From NCBI GenBank assembly GCA_964654465.1, contig CAZZIO010000065.1, positions 123,986 to 187,985 on the forward strand: a stretch of 64,000 nucleotides of DNA, given 5' to 3'. The position numbers and the translations under genes were made by a program. This DNA is from an uncultured Dictyoglomota bacterium (lineage in GTDB: Bacteria > Dictyoglomota > Dictyoglomia > Dictyoglomales > Dictyoglomaceae). Below, piece by piece: positions 1 to 10,362 of the stretch. Numbering within the stretch: position 1 is the first letter of the stretch; every line of letters starts with the position of its first letter. Below the pieces are notes generated by a model. That model had not been told where the DNA came from, ran no database searches, and saw only the letters and a program-made list of their open reading frames with translations.

Positions 1-1042
1 TATTCTGAAATCTAATAGCCTTTTTAGATGCTCTATATTGGGGTGGTTCTAATAGTTCTCTAAAGATAAATAAAAATTGACTACCAACAAGTTCAGGAGA
101 ATGAGCATAGGCAAATGCTCTTGATGTACCGAGAATTATATCTCTTAGGTTTTTATTTTCAAATAATAGTTTTATTTTGTAAAAAAGATCATCTTTATTT
201 TTAAACCTCAAAACACCTGTATAAAGCTCGGTTTTTGATATTCCCTTTATTTCTGTCCTTTCTTTACCATCAAATTTTATGGCTTCATTGTATAAAAAAT
301 TATTAAATATCTTATATTTTATAACGAGAGGTGTCCCCCAACCTATAAGTTTATAAACCTCAAAAGGTTCCACTTCATCTCCTCCATCCATAATAACCAT
401 TTCGGAAGCTCCCACGATTTGCAAATCATCATCCCATATTCCACCTAATATAACAGAATCCACATTAAGCTTATTTTTAGCAACAAATTTTTCAACCTTC
501 AACTTCCTTTCATAAGTAGAAACTAAAACAACAATATAAAGATTTAATAAACTTTTTACATAAGAAAGATAAAATAGGACATTCTCAAAAGAATAATCGC
601 CCATTACAAGAATTATCCTTTTATCTTGAGGAAATCCCAACTTTTCTCTTGAGATCTCCAAATTCTTTTTAAAAACAGGATAAGAAGGAAATTTTACCAA
701 ATATATATTTTTAGGCAAATATTCTTCCCAAAAAAAGGAAATAATTCCATCCCACTTATGTCTCCATATAGGATGATCAGAATTTTTAATTGTTTTAGGA
801 TAATTTAAAAAAAGAGTTTTTCCTTTAACATTTCTAATCTCTTCTAATAACATTCGCCATGGAATATGATCCTTAGGACTATCAACAATTAGATATATCT
901 TAGAATTTATATCCCTAATTTTATAGTTATATTCAATTTCTACATTAAATCCTTCTTCTTTCCAATAATCAACTACTGGAGTTAAAAAATCATGAAACCC
1001 TAATAATGTTATTTTATCTCCCTTTCTTAATCCTGCCATCAT
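1..1042 (-). CDS. Partial CDS running off the window start; glycosyltransferase (GT-B/GT4)-like hypothetical protein
   Basis: Not in the ORF track (no stop inside the window). Read by hand: SD GGAGGAG at 1060-1054, ATG at 1042, open frame MMAGLRKGDKITLLGFHDFLTPVVDYWKEEG...GWGTPLVIKY...RFQN to position 2. The 'REKLGFPQDKRIILVMG' and 'GTPLVI' segments resemble the C-terminal GT-B domain. Confidence 0.6.
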   Translation of the reverse strand, partial: MMAGLRKGDKITLLGFHDFLTPVVDYWKEEGFNVEIEYNYKIRDINSKIYLIVDSPKDHIPWRMLLEEIRNVKGKTLFLNYPKTIKNSDHPIWRHKWDGIISFFWEEYLPKNIYLVKFPSYPVFKKNLEISREKLGFPQDKRIILVMGDYSFENVLFYLSYVKSLLNLYIVVLVSTYERKLKVEKFVAKNKLNVDSVILGGIWDDDLQIVGASEMVIMDGGDEVEPFEVYKLIGWGTPLVIKYKIFNNFLYNEAIKFDGKERTEIKGISKTELYTGVLRFKNKDDLFYKIKLLFENKNLRDIILGTSRAFAYAHSPELVGSQFLFIFRELLEPPQYRASKKAIRFQN

Positions 1043-1160
1043 AATACCTTCAACTCCTCCATCAAGTCTTTCTCTAATTCATTCCAAAGGATTATATTAA
1101 TAGAATCTATAAAAAAATCAAGCCAAAAAAGTTACAAAAAAATCATGTATAATATTAAGC

Positions 1161-2252
1161 ATGTGGTTAGAAATTATTTACAAAAGATTAATAAAAATCC
1201 TTCTTTTTTTATTTGTCATTGTTTACTTTACCCTTTCCAATACCTACGAAGAGGAATTTAAAAATCTATCCTTAGCTTTTGCAGGGGATCTTTTTCTCCA
1301 AAAACATTTATCAAATTCTTATTATGATCCATCAAGCAAGAAATATTATTTTCCTCCTGATATATTTGAAGAAATAGAGGAATATATTAGAAAAGATTTT
1401 TCTTCCATTGTGATTGATACTCCTATTGCCTCAAATATATTTCAAGTATCAGGTTACCCCCTATTTAACGCTCCAGTAGAAATTTTAGATCTTCTTAAAA
1501 AAAGTGGATTTAATATTATGATTCTGTCAACAAATCACATATTTGATAAGGGTGAAATAGGACTAACAGCTACAATAGAGAATATAAAAAAGAGAGGATT
1601 ATATTATGTGGGTGCATATACCTCAGAAGAGGACAGTAAAAATTTCCTTGTTTTATCTAAAAACGGCATAAAAGTAGGAATTCTTGCATATACATTTAGC
1701 ATCAACGGTTTTAGTTTACCTAAAAACAAAGAATATATGGTTAATCTCATAAATGAGGACAAAATCAAAGAAGATATAAGAAAGATAAAGAATTTAGTTG
1801 ACTTTACAATCATTTATCTACATTGGGGATACATAGAATACTCTGAAAAACTTGAATCCTATCAAAAATCGCTTGCTAAAAAAATAATATCATGGGGTGG
1901 AGACTTGATAGTAGGAAGTCACCCCCATTCAGTAAGACCTTACGAGAAGATAAATGGAAAATGGTGTTTTTATTCATTGGGGAATTTTTTCACAGACCAA
2001 TATGGACTAAATATACCTCAAGTAAAATTTGGATTAATATTAAATATAACATTGAACAAGTATAAAAATAAAACCTTTATCATTAGAAAAGAGATAATAC
2101 CTATATTCATTTCAAAGACCACAAAGGATAAAAATAATCCTCATAGATATAAGGTTATAAAAGCAGAGAAAATAACTAATTTGACATATGTAGAATCTGA
2201 TTCTAAAATATACCTAAAAAAAGTCCTTAATTATATATCGAAAGGGGAATAA
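1161..2252 (+). CDS. CapA/PgsA-family (PGA_cap) metallophosphatase-like protein with N-terminal membrane anchor
   Basis: Motifs AFAGD, LSTNHIFDKG, YLHWGYIEY, GSHPHSVRP, YSLGNF are typical of CapA domains; N-terminal hydrophobic helix. Confidence 0.85.
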   Translation: MWLEIIYKRLIKILLFLFVIVYFTLSNTYEEEFKNLSLAFAGDLFLQKHLSNSYYDPSSKKYYFPPDIFEEIEEYIRKDFSSIVIDTPIASNIFQVSGYPLFNAPVEILDLLKKSGFNIMILSTNHIFDKGEIGLTATIENIKKRGLYYVGAYTSEEDSKNFLVLSKNGIKVGILAYTFSINGFSLPKNKEYMVNLINEDKIKEDIRKIKNLVDFTIIYLHWGYIEYSEKLESYQKSLAKKIISWGGDLIVGSHPHSVRPYEKINGKWCFYSLGNFFTDQYGLNIPQVKFGLILNITLNKYKNKTFIIRKEIIPIFISKTTKDKNNPHRYKVIKAEKITNLTYVESDSKIYLKKVLNYISKGE

Positions 2253-2256
2253 ATTT

Positions 2257-2715
2257 ATGAGAGAAAAAGCTATGGCTATCCTTTTAATATTTATAGGTCT
2301 CCTTTTGCTCCTAAGTAATTTTGGGATTCTTTCAGGAAATCTCTTCCTTTTAATTATTAGTGCCATATTTTTGTTTTCATATTATAGATTTAACAGAAAT
2401 ATAGGATTTCTCATTCCAGGATGTATCTTATTAAGTATAGCTTTATTTAATATTTTACAATCCCTATACACTATCAACCCTGTATATATCATTTCATTTA
2501 TAGGATTTGGATTTCTAATGATTTTCTTTATTCATTCATCTAAAAAAGAGTACTCCTATGCAGAAAAGTACTGGTCTATATATCCAGGAATCATCCTTAT
2601 CTCTTTTGGTATCATACTAGGCTTAATATCAAAATCTCCAGAATATATAAGATATTTATTCCCCATACTTCTTATAATTATTGGAGCTTTACTACTTTTT
2701 CGTTCTATAAAATAA
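2257..2715 (+). CDS. Small multi-pass membrane protein (LiaF/DUF5668-like repeats)
   Basis: Very hydrophobic; repeated 'LIxIGxLLL' helices and 'LIPGCIL'/'IYPGIIL'; SD upstream; 4 nt after the capA-like gene. Confidence 0.6.
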   Translation: MREKAMAILLIFIGLLLLLSNFGILSGNLFLLIISAIFLFSYYRFNRNIGFLIPGCILLSIALFNILQSLYTINPVYIISFIGFGFLMIFFIHSSKKEYSYAEKYWSIYPGIILISFGIILGLISKSPEYIRYLFPILLIIIGALLLFRSIK

Positions 2716-2720
2716 TCAGT

Positions 2721-3347
2721 TTATCCTAATATTACATATTTCAAAAAGTAGACACTAAAGAAAATAAGAGAAAAAGATGCTAAATACAATATAATCTTGT
2801 ATAATTTATTCCAAAGAGGAAGGGCTAAACCTTGTCCTACAAAGCCAATAAAAATATACCATACAAAATCAGAAAAGATATGGCCCACATAAAAACTTAA
2901 AATTCCCAACATAAAAAAACTCCTTGCTTGTCCGAGAAAAGTTACCCCTACTGTAACCCACCATATCAGCCAATAAGGATTTGATAAAGAAACAAGAGCT
3001 CCGGCTAAAGGAAGGGGAATTTTTATAGGATCAGAATTCTTTAGCTCTAAACTACTTTTTTTAATAAGTGATATAAATAGAGATATACCCATATAACTCA
3101 AAAATATACTTCCTAAAAAAGTAAAAATTTTTAAAAAAGTCGGATCTTGAAGAAAAGGTTGTAAACCTAAGAGCAGAAGTATAATAAGAACAGCTTCCAA
3201 CATAGCATGCCCAAAAACTATTTTGATAGAGTCCTTCCAACCTTTAAGGCTACACTGTGTAATTACCATTGTCATCATAGGACCAGGAGCTGACGCCCCT
3301 GAAAATCCTACTACAAAACTAGTGATGAATAAATTAAATACAACCAT
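2721..3347 (-). CDS. LysE-family translocator
   Basis: [15 protein letters not shown] and SLSNPYW motifs; about 6 TM helices. Confidence 0.85.
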   Translation of the reverse strand: MVVFNLFITSFVVGFSGASAPGPMMTMVITQCSLKGWKDSIKIVFGHAMLEAVLIILLLLGLQPFLQDPTFLKIFTFLGSIFLSYMGISLFISLIKKSSLELKNSDPIKIPLPLAGALVSLSNPYWLIWWVTVGVTFLGQARSFFMLGILSFYVGHIFSDFVWYIFIGFVGQGLALPLWNKLYKIILYLASFSLIFFSVYFLKYVILG

Positions 3348-3756
3348 TCTTCACACTCCATTCTATATTTAATCTTCTAAAATACTTCTTCATATTATCT
3401 AAAAAATTCTCTTCCACTTTTATAAGATGAGAATCACATTTACAGTCTGATGATCCAAAGCGAGGAACTTTCTCTCCATCTATCAAAGATGCAATCTTAC
3501 ATTCCCATTCTTTACAAAGATGATCATTATATAAGGCTTCTCTTACTCTAACAAAAGGAGATTCCAATAGATAGTCAATATGCCAATATAATTTTTTATT
3601 TTTACTAAGATGCCTTTTTATTCTTTTCTCCATACTATTTTGTGCTGATCCTACATAGATATAAAGGCCCCTATTAAATTTTATAACTCCAAGTCGCCCT
3701 ACCCTACACTCTATATCTTTTTCTACCTCAACAACCAAAAGATATATTCCTTTCAT
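3334..3756 (-). CDS. GIY-YIG (Uri superfamily, DUF123-type) nuclease
   Basis: GIYLL...[31 protein letters not shown] motifs. Confidence 0.85.
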   Translation of the reverse strand: MKGIYLLVVEVEKDIECRVGRLGVIKFNRGLYIYVGSAQNSMEKRIKRHLSKNKKLYWHIDYLLESPFVRVREALYNDHLCKEWECKIASLIDGEKVPRFGSSDCKCDSHLIKVEENFLDNMKKYFRRLNIEWSVKNGCI

Positions 3757-3758
3757 AA

Positions 3759-5387
3759 TTAAATTCTAATAACCTTATAAGAATTTGGTTCCAATCTGAT
3801 TTTCATTTCTTTATCCTTATTTACTAATGTTACCTCAGTTCTATAGGATAAAAAGGACTCTAAAATACAATAACCATTATCATACAAAAACATTCCTATT
3901 TTTTCATCTCCTTTGAAATAAATACCTAATTTATTCAAAAATATTTTTCTTATTTCATTAAGTACCTCTATGGGTAACAGATAAATATCTGAATAATTAT
4001 CGGGAATATTTAAAACATAGATCCTTCCCTTTCCATAAAAATCTCTGAGAAGAATAGGAAAATTATTTTCTCCATTAATTCCTACAATTATTGGCCAAGA
4101 AGAATTAGTGTGATACTCAATAATCGGGAAAATAATTTCCTTACGAGAATATACATATTTACTAAAACCAGTCATAGCAGGATCTATAGCAAATAAACTT
4201 AATAATACTTTTTTATCTGTATATTTTATTGATGTAAAATCCTCCATATTTCTACCCAATCTTCTCAAAAAACCAGATGTAATGATCACATCTCCACCAC
4301 TAAGAAGAAAACTTTTTATTTTATTTAAAATTTCCTTATCTTCAGCAGAATTTTCAGGTAAAAATAAAATATTTGCATCATTTGGAAAATAAGGTGTAGG
4401 ATCAAAGGGTATCCCAATCATTCCTAAATAAGAAGAGAGATGATTTTCACCATCAGAATGAAATGGATGATAAACCTTAACACCAATTGGGTTTCCTAAC
4501 TCTGAAAGATATTCATCCAATTTCTCAAGCTCTAAGGAAAGGGAAGGAATAAAAGTTGATCTCCTTAAAGAACTAAAATCAAAAAGAGTAATTTCTTTAG
4601 CTTTAGAGAAAAGAGTAAGATGCGCTTGTTCTATATACTGATTTAAGTTACATTCAAAAGAATCAAACCATCCTCCTTTATTTTTCCCAGGCTTCACATT
4701 TTCGAACCATCTCATTAAATAATAACTTAAGTAACGAGGAAGATGTTGTTGTGTATATTTAGGATCTCTTGTCTCTGTCCCGGTATATAACTCATCAAAA
4801 ATATCTTTTTGAGATTCAGGATTATAACCATTTTGATGATATGAATCTATCCAATTAGGATATTTTATAATCATATTAACCCTTGGATTTACTTTCTTAG
4901 CTGGTCCTACCACATAATTTTGAGATATCTCCGCCATTAAGTTAAGTCTATATTCTTTCCATGATAATTTTCCTTTTCTTTCTATACATTCAGGACAAGA
5001 ACAACTTGTAAAATAAAAATCATCAAGAATAACCTCATCAAAAATTGAAGCAGTATACTCTACAATTTCTCTTAACCTATTTTTCAATATTTCGTTGGAA
5101 TAACAAAATGTATGAAAAATTCTCAAATCATGAACCAGATCACCAGGAAGATCTATCGTAGTTGTGATTCCTCCCGATGTTTTAATTCCCTTTTTATCAA
5201 AAAACTCTTTTATTTCAAGAATTTTCTCCATAGGAACATCATCCTTTCCTCTATGAGTTTCCAGATATACTTTATTTATTTTTAAGTATCTTTCAAAAAA
5301 AGCAAAATCTTCCTCCAATTCTCTTAAAGAAACTTTATTTAAAAATGGGGCAGTACAATATATGGCCAGAGAAAAATTCTTATACAT
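3759..5387 (-). CDS. Uncharacterised cytoplasmic protein, probable glycoside-hydrolase-like TIM barrel
   Basis: 542 aa, no TM segment or signal peptide; ILDDFYF followed by CSCPEC, an upstream [22 protein letters not shown]; divergent from the cellobiose epimerase. Confidence 0.5.
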   Translation of the reverse strand: MYKNFSLAIYCTAPFLNKVSLRELEEDFAFFERYLKINKVYLETHRGKDDVPMEKILEIKEFFDKKGIKTSGGITTTIDLPGDLVHDLRIFHTFCYSNEILKNRLREIVEYTASIFDEVILDDFYFTSCSCPECIERKGKLSWKEYRLNLMAEISQNYVVGPAKKVNPRVNMIIKYPNWIDSYHQNGYNPESQKDIFDELYTGTETRDPKYTQQHLPRYLSYYLMRWFENVKPGKNKGGWFDSFECNLNQYIEQAHLTLFSKAKEITLFDFSSLRRSTFIPSLSLELEKLDEYLSELGNPIGVKVYHPFHSDGENHLSSYLGMIGIPFDPTPYFPNDANILFLPENSAEDKEILNKIKSFLLSGGDVIITSGFLRRLGRNMEDFTSIKYTDKKVLLSLFAIDPAMTGFSKYVYSRKEIIFPIIEYHTNSSWPIIVGINGENNFPILLRDFYGKGRIYVLNIPDNYSDIYLLPIEVLNEIRKIFLNKLGIYFKGDEKIGMFLYDNGYCILESFLSYRTEVTLVNKDKEMKIRLEPNSYKVIRI

Positions 5388-5447
5388 ACTTAACCTCCCA
5401 CAAATTCATAAATAAAATTTAAAATTTATTATTTCGTTATTATATTA

Positions 5448-5475
5448 TTGAAAATAATTACCCACAATATATAAT
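5448..5475 (+). promoter_or_regulatory. Sigma70-type promoter for the cellobiose 2-epimerase operon
   Basis: TTGAAA (5448-5453), 16 nt, TATAAT (5470-5475). Confidence 0.5.
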
Positions 5476-5524
5476 AGTGAATAAAATTTATATAGATAAC
5501 TTACTTTCACTGAGGAGGAAAAAA

Positions 5525-6703
5525 ATGGATTTAAAAAAAGTAAAAAATGAGGTAAAGAAACACCTTACAGAGAAAATTATACCTTTTTGGACAAAACTCA
5601 TGGATAAAGAAAATGGAGGATACATAGGATATGTTTCTTTTGATTTAAAGAAAGACCCTTACGCTCACAAAAGCTTAGTTTTAACTACAAGAATATTATG
5701 GTTTTTTTCTGCTGTATACAATCTTACAAAAGAAGAAGATATTATTCCTTATATGAATCACGCTTACAACTTCTTAATACAAAAGTTTTGGGACCATAAA
5801 AACAAAGGTTTTTATTGGATGGTAGACTACAAAGGAGATCCTGTTGACAAAAGAAAACATATATATGGGCAAGCTTTTAGCATCTACGCATTATCAGAAT
5901 TTTATAAATCCACAAAAAAGGATGAAGCTCTTAATATTGCATTGGAAACTTATAACCTCATAGAGGAAAAGTGTAAAGATGAATATGCTTATATAGAAGA
6001 GTTTGATGAATATTGGAATCCAAAGGAAAATAAAGCTATCAGTGAATATGGAGTAATAGCTGAAAAAAGCATGAATTCCCTACTTCATATATTGGAAGCT
6101 TATACTAATCTTTATACAACATGGCCTAATGAGAATCTTAAGAAAAATATAGAAAATCTTGTAATAATTTATAAAGATAAGATTATTAACCCAGAGACAA
6201 AACATTTAGGTGTTTTTTTTGATAGAAAATTGATTCCTATAATTGATGCCATTTCATACGGACATGATATTGAAGCAACCTGGTTATTAGATGAAGCTTT
6301 AAAATATATTGATGATACTAACCTTAAAGAAGAGATTAGTAGAATAACCTTAGAGATTGCTGAAAAAGTGTTAGAAGAAGCCTTTGAAAATGGTAGTTTA
6401 ATTAATGAGAAAGTAAGAAATATCTTAGATAAAAGTAGAATTTGGTGGGTTGAAGCAGAAGCCTTAGTTGGTTTTTTAAATGCATATCAAAAATCAAGGG
6501 AAGAAAAATTTTTAAATGCAGTAATAGTACTTTGGGAATTTATTAAAAATTATATGGTAGATCAAAGAACAGAAAGTGAATGGTTCTGGAAGCTTGATGA
6601 AAATTATATTCCAGCTCCTATGCCTATAGCAGAACCCTGGAAATGTCCTTATCATAATGGAAGAATGTGTATAGAAGTAATAAAAAGAATAGATGGAGAC
6701 TAA
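5525..6703 (+). CDS. Cellobiose 2-epimerase (AGE family)
   Basis: IIPFW, RILWFFS, KHIYGQAF, KSMNSLLHILEAY, SYGHDIEATWL, WWVEAE, WKCPYHNGR (three catalytic His). Start moved to ATG 5525, after SD GAGGAGG. Confidence 0.92.
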   Translation: MDLKKVKNEVKKHLTEKIIPFWTKLMDKENGGYIGYVSFDLKKDPYAHKSLVLTTRILWFFSAVYNLTKEEDIIPYMNHAYNFLIQKFWDHKNKGFYWMVDYKGDPVDKRKHIYGQAFSIYALSEFYKSTKKDEALNIALETYNLIEEKCKDEYAYIEEFDEYWNPKENKAISEYGVIAEKSMNSLLHILEAYTNLYTTWPNENLKKNIENLVIIYKDKIINPETKHLGVFFDRKLIPIIDAISYGHDIEATWLLDEALKYIDDTNLKEEISRITLEIAEKVLEEAFENGSLINEKVRNILDKSRIWWVEAEALVGFLNAYQKSREEKFLNAVIVLWEFIKNYMVDQRTESEWFWKLDENYIPAPMPIAEPWKCPYHNGRMCIEVIKRIDGD

Positions 6704-7934
6704 TCTTTTTAGAGCATTAAAGAGCAGAAATTACAAGTTATATTTTACTGGTCAAGCAATCTCTCTTATTGGCACATGGATCCAATCTACAGCCTTGAGT
6801 TGGTTAGTTTATAGATTAACAAATTCATCAGTTTTATTAGGCACTATTGCTTTTTTATCCCAAATACCTAATACCTTTTTATCACCGATTATAGGTGTAT
6901 TTTTAGATAGATTTAGTAAACATAGAATTCTCATAATAACCCAATTTTTACTTATGTTACAAGCTCTTATTTTATCTATTCTCACTCTTACAAATCAAAT
7001 TCAAATTTGGCATATTCTTCTATTAAGCCTTATTTTAGGTATTTTTAATTCTATTGATGCTCCTACAAGGCAATCCTTCGTTATGGAGATGGTGGAAAGA
7101 GAAGAGGATCTAAGTAATGCTATTGCATTAAACTCCTTTTTATTTAATAGTGCTCGCTTAATAGGGCCAAGCATTGGAGGTTTTCTTATTTCATTTCTTG
7201 GGGAAGGAATATGCTTTACGATAAATGCAATTAGTTATTTAGCAGTTGTTATTGCTCTACTTTTCATGAGAGTAAAACCAATAACCTCAACAAGAACTTC
7301 CCATCTCGTTTCTGAACTAAAAGAGGGATTTTACTATGTCTTTAAAACATTAGTAGTAAGACACATTTTAATATTTATTGCATTATCAAGTTTACTTTCA
7401 GCAGTCTATAGTGTATTATTACCTATCTTTGCAAAAGATATACTGCATGGAGGCCCTGAAACTCTTGGAATACTAACTAGCTCAATAGGTGCAGGAGCGC
7501 TTTTTGGCGCTATATTCCTTGCAGGAAGGCAAAAAATAAAGGGTATTGAAAAAATTATAGCCCAATCTTTTAGTACAGCAGGTTTAGGCCTTTTAGCTTT
7601 TTCCTTATCAAGAAATTTATATTTATCCCTTTTATCATTATTCATAACTGGATTAAGTTTTATGCTTATTAGTGTTTGTAGTAATACATTAATCCAATCT
7701 ATTATTGATAACCACATAAGAGGGAGAGTTATGAGTATCTATGTAATGTTCTTCATGGGAGCTATGCCTATCGGTAGTTATTTAGGAGGATACCTATCCA
7801 AGTTCGTAGGCCCAGTGTACACAATCCATTTAAGTAGTGTCTTATGTTTCGCATCTTGCATCTTGTATACTCATCGTCTCATCTCATTGAGATCCTATAT
7901 TTATGAAATATTAGAAAAGAAACACCTAAATTAA
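6693..7934 (+). CDS. MFS transporter (DHA3/MFS_3-like)
   Basis: 12-TM pattern, GQAISLIGTWIQ, DAPTRQS, ARLIGPSIGG, RGRVMS; overlaps the epimerase stop. Confidence 0.88.
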   Translation: METNLFRALKSRNYKLYFTGQAISLIGTWIQSTALSWLVYRLTNSSVLLGTIAFLSQIPNTFLSPIIGVFLDRFSKHRILIITQFLLMLQALILSILTLTNQIQIWHILLLSLILGIFNSIDAPTRQSFVMEMVEREEDLSNAIALNSFLFNSARLIGPSIGGFLISFLGEGICFTINAISYLAVVIALLFMRVKPITSTRTSHLVSELKEGFYYVFKTLVVRHILIFIALSSLLSAVYSVLLPIFAKDILHGGPETLGILTSSIGAGALFGAIFLAGRQKIKGIEKIIAQSFSTAGLGLLAFSLSRNLYLSLLSLFITGLSFMLISVCSNTLIQSIIDNHIRGRVMSIYVMFFMGAMPIGSYLGGYLSKFVGPVYTIHLSSVLCFASCILYTHRLISLRSYIYEILEKKHLN

Positions 7935-10240
7935 GTGATTAAAAACTCTCCTTCTTTAAGTTCAAAACTAAACTCTTTTTTAAAAGTTTTAACAATAATC
8001 TTCTTTATAGAACTCTCATATCCCTTCTTTAAAAATTTTATACCTAAATATTGATTACCATCTTTCATAAATGTATAAAATTCAATCAAATTGAACTCTC
8101 CCTTTTCATAATTCCATGAGACTCCATCATCTTCATAATACAAAAACTTTCCTTCTCCTTGAGTAATTTTTAAATAAAGATTTTCTTGTTTCTTTTCTCC
8201 CACATAATTTTGCACATTCCACATAGGAATAATACTTCCCTCTTTTAAGAATAAAGGAATCCTATTTAAAGGAGCAAAAACTTTTATAATACTTCCCCCT
8301 CTATACCTTTTTCCAGTATAAAAATCAAACCAAAAACCCTTAGGAAGATATACCTCTCTTTCTCTTTTGCCCCTTAGGTATACTGGAGCTACAAGGATAA
8401 ATGGACCAAACATAAATTCATCCTCATGAGATAAAACTTCTTCATCTTGGAATTCTAAAATAAAACTCCTAATTAATGGAATACCCTTTTCCTTTGCCTC
8501 ATAAAACAAAGAATAAATATAGGGAATCAATTGGTACCTAAGATTAATATATTCTTTAGTAATTTTTTCTATTTCTTCTCCAAAACTCCATGGTTCTTGA
8601 TCTCTTGTATTCTTAGCAGTATGTATCCTAAAAAAAGGATAGAAAACACCCAGCTGAATCCATCGTATAAAAAGCTCTTTCTCACAATCTCTCCAAAAAC
8701 CCCCCACATCTTCACCAACAAAAGGAACTCCAGAGATCGATAAATTTTGAAGAGTTACTATACTGGAATAAAGATTCTCCCATGTACTTTTGTTGTCACC
8801 ACACCACACTGCTGAATATTTCTGTATACCTGAAAAGCCAGCTCTACTCAATATAAAAGGTCTTACCTCTTTATTTATCTTTCTAAACCCCTCAAAAGTT
8901 GACTTTGTCATCAAAAGCCCATAAACATTATGTACTTTATTATGTATAAAAATTTCATCATCACCATGTACTACATCTTGAGGTAATGTCTTTTCTTTTA
9001 TTTGCTTAATTCTTTCTTCAAAATTTTTAGCCTTAAATGGATCTGGAGGTTCTTTAAAATGAAAAACATGAAACAATAATTTCATCATGTAATAGCCAAA
9101 TTTAGAAAAATTGGAGGGTTCATTCATGTCATTCCAAAAACCATATATACCGTTGTCTATAAACCATTTATGTTTTTCGCCCCACCATTTTCTAACCTTC
9201 TCCTTGAAAAAATCTGGGAATACTGTTTTCCCAGGCCATACATACCCTACAAAAATTTCTCCCGTTCTTTTCTTGCAAAAAAGTCCATCCTTTAACCCTT
9301 CAATATAAATCTTATACTTTTTATCTACCTTTATCCCAGGATCTATAATAATAACAACCTTAAAGCCTAATTTTTTTAAATCCTCAATCATCTTTTCAAA
9401 ATTAGGAAACCTTTTTCTATTAACCGTAAATACCCTATAACCTTCCATATAATCAATATCTAAATATAAAGCATCACATGGAATATTCTTTTTTCTAAAC
9501 AATTCAGCAATTTTATAAACCTTATCCTCTGAATCATAACTCCATCTGGATTGGTGTAAACCTAAAGACCATAAAGGGGGCATATAGCACCTACCTGTAA
9601 GATAAGTATAATTCTCTATAACTTCCTTAGGTGAAGGGCCGAATATAAAATAATAATCTAATTCATCATCTTCGGTAAAAAAATAATAGTAATTTTTACT
9701 TTCAAATCCCATATCAAAATAACTAAAAGCTGTACTATCATAAAAAAGCCCATAACTCAAATCTGAGTATGCAAGAAAAAAGGGATGGGATTGATACAAT
9801 GGATCTCTCTCAAATTCATGATTTGGCTCATCTGTATTCCAGTTTATAATCTTTTTACCCTTTTTATTAAGCGACCCCAACCTTTCTCCAAATCCAAGAA
9901 AAGCTTTCTCTCTTCCCATCTCTTTATATGAATATATACCATTCCCTTTCTTAACATAACCCAAATCCATATAATCAGAGATTATTAAATTACCTTTCCT
10001 ATCATATATTTGTATTTTACTTGGATTTTTATATATCCTAATATCCAAATCTGAAGTTAAAAAATAATGAGCCCTATTGTCCTCCCTATGTTCACAGTCG
10101 ACTTCTTTAAATTTTTCCAGGTTAACGCAAAAAGAATAATTCTTCTTCCAAATTCTATCTTTTGAGAAATGAAATCTCACTATTTTGGAGGTTATAAATT
10201 CAATCTTGAGAAGTTCATTATTATATTCAACAATCTCCAT
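7931..10240 (-). CDS. GH31 alpha-glucosidase
   Basis: LYLDIDYM, WNDMNEP nucleophile, WCGDN acid/base, GEDVGGF, FFRIH, QEPW. Confidence 0.92.
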   Translation of the reverse strand: MEIVEYNNELLKIEFITSKIVRFHFSKDRIWKKNYSFCVNLEKFKEVDCEHREDNRAHYFLTSDLDIRIYKNPSKIQIYDRKGNLIISDYMDLGYVKKGNGIYSYKEMGREKAFLGFGERLGSLNKKGKKIINWNTDEPNHEFERDPLYQSHPFFLAYSDLSYGLFYDSTAFSYFDMGFESKNYYYFFTEDDELDYYFIFGPSPKEVIENYTYLTGRCYMPPLWSLGLHQSRWSYDSEDKVYKIAELFRKKNIPCDALYLDIDYMEGYRVFTVNRKRFPNFEKMIEDLKKLGFKVVIIIDPGIKVDKKYKIYIEGLKDGLFCKKRTGEIFVGYVWPGKTVFPDFFKEKVRKWWGEKHKWFIDNGIYGFWNDMNEPSNFSKFGYYMMKLLFHVFHFKEPPDPFKAKNFEERIKQIKEKTLPQDVVHGDDEIFIHNKVHNVYGLLMTKSTFEGFRKINKEVRPFILSRAGFSGIQKYSAVWCGDNKSTWENLYSSIVTLQNLSISGVPFVGEDVGGFWRDCEKELFIRWIQLGVFYPFFRIHTAKNTRDQEPWSFGEEIEKITKEYINLRYQLIPYIYSLFYEAKEKGIPLIRSFILEFQDEEVLSHEDEFMFGPFILVAPVYLRGKREREVYLPKGFWFDFYTGKRYRGGSIIKVFAPLNRIPLFLKEGSIIPMWNVQNYVGEKKQENLYLKITQGEGKFLYYEDDGVSWNYEKGEFNLIEFYTFMKDGNQYLGIKFLKKGYESSIKKIIVKTFKKEFSFELKEGEFLIT

Positions 10241-10304
10241 ATTCGTTAAATACCCCCTAAGGATATTCTTTGTAGTTTAGTTTAATATATTTTATAAAAA
10301 ATAA

Positions 10305-10335
10305 AAAGGGGAGAAAATTATACTTTCTCCCCTTT
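10305..10335 (-). terminator. Intrinsic terminator after the GH94 pair
   Basis: AAAGGGGAGAAA-7 nt-TTTCTCCCCTTT perfect 12-bp stem; A-run on the left gives a U-tail on the minus strand. Confidence 0.8.
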
Positions 10336-10362
10336 CATTCAATAATCTTATTTATTGACCAA

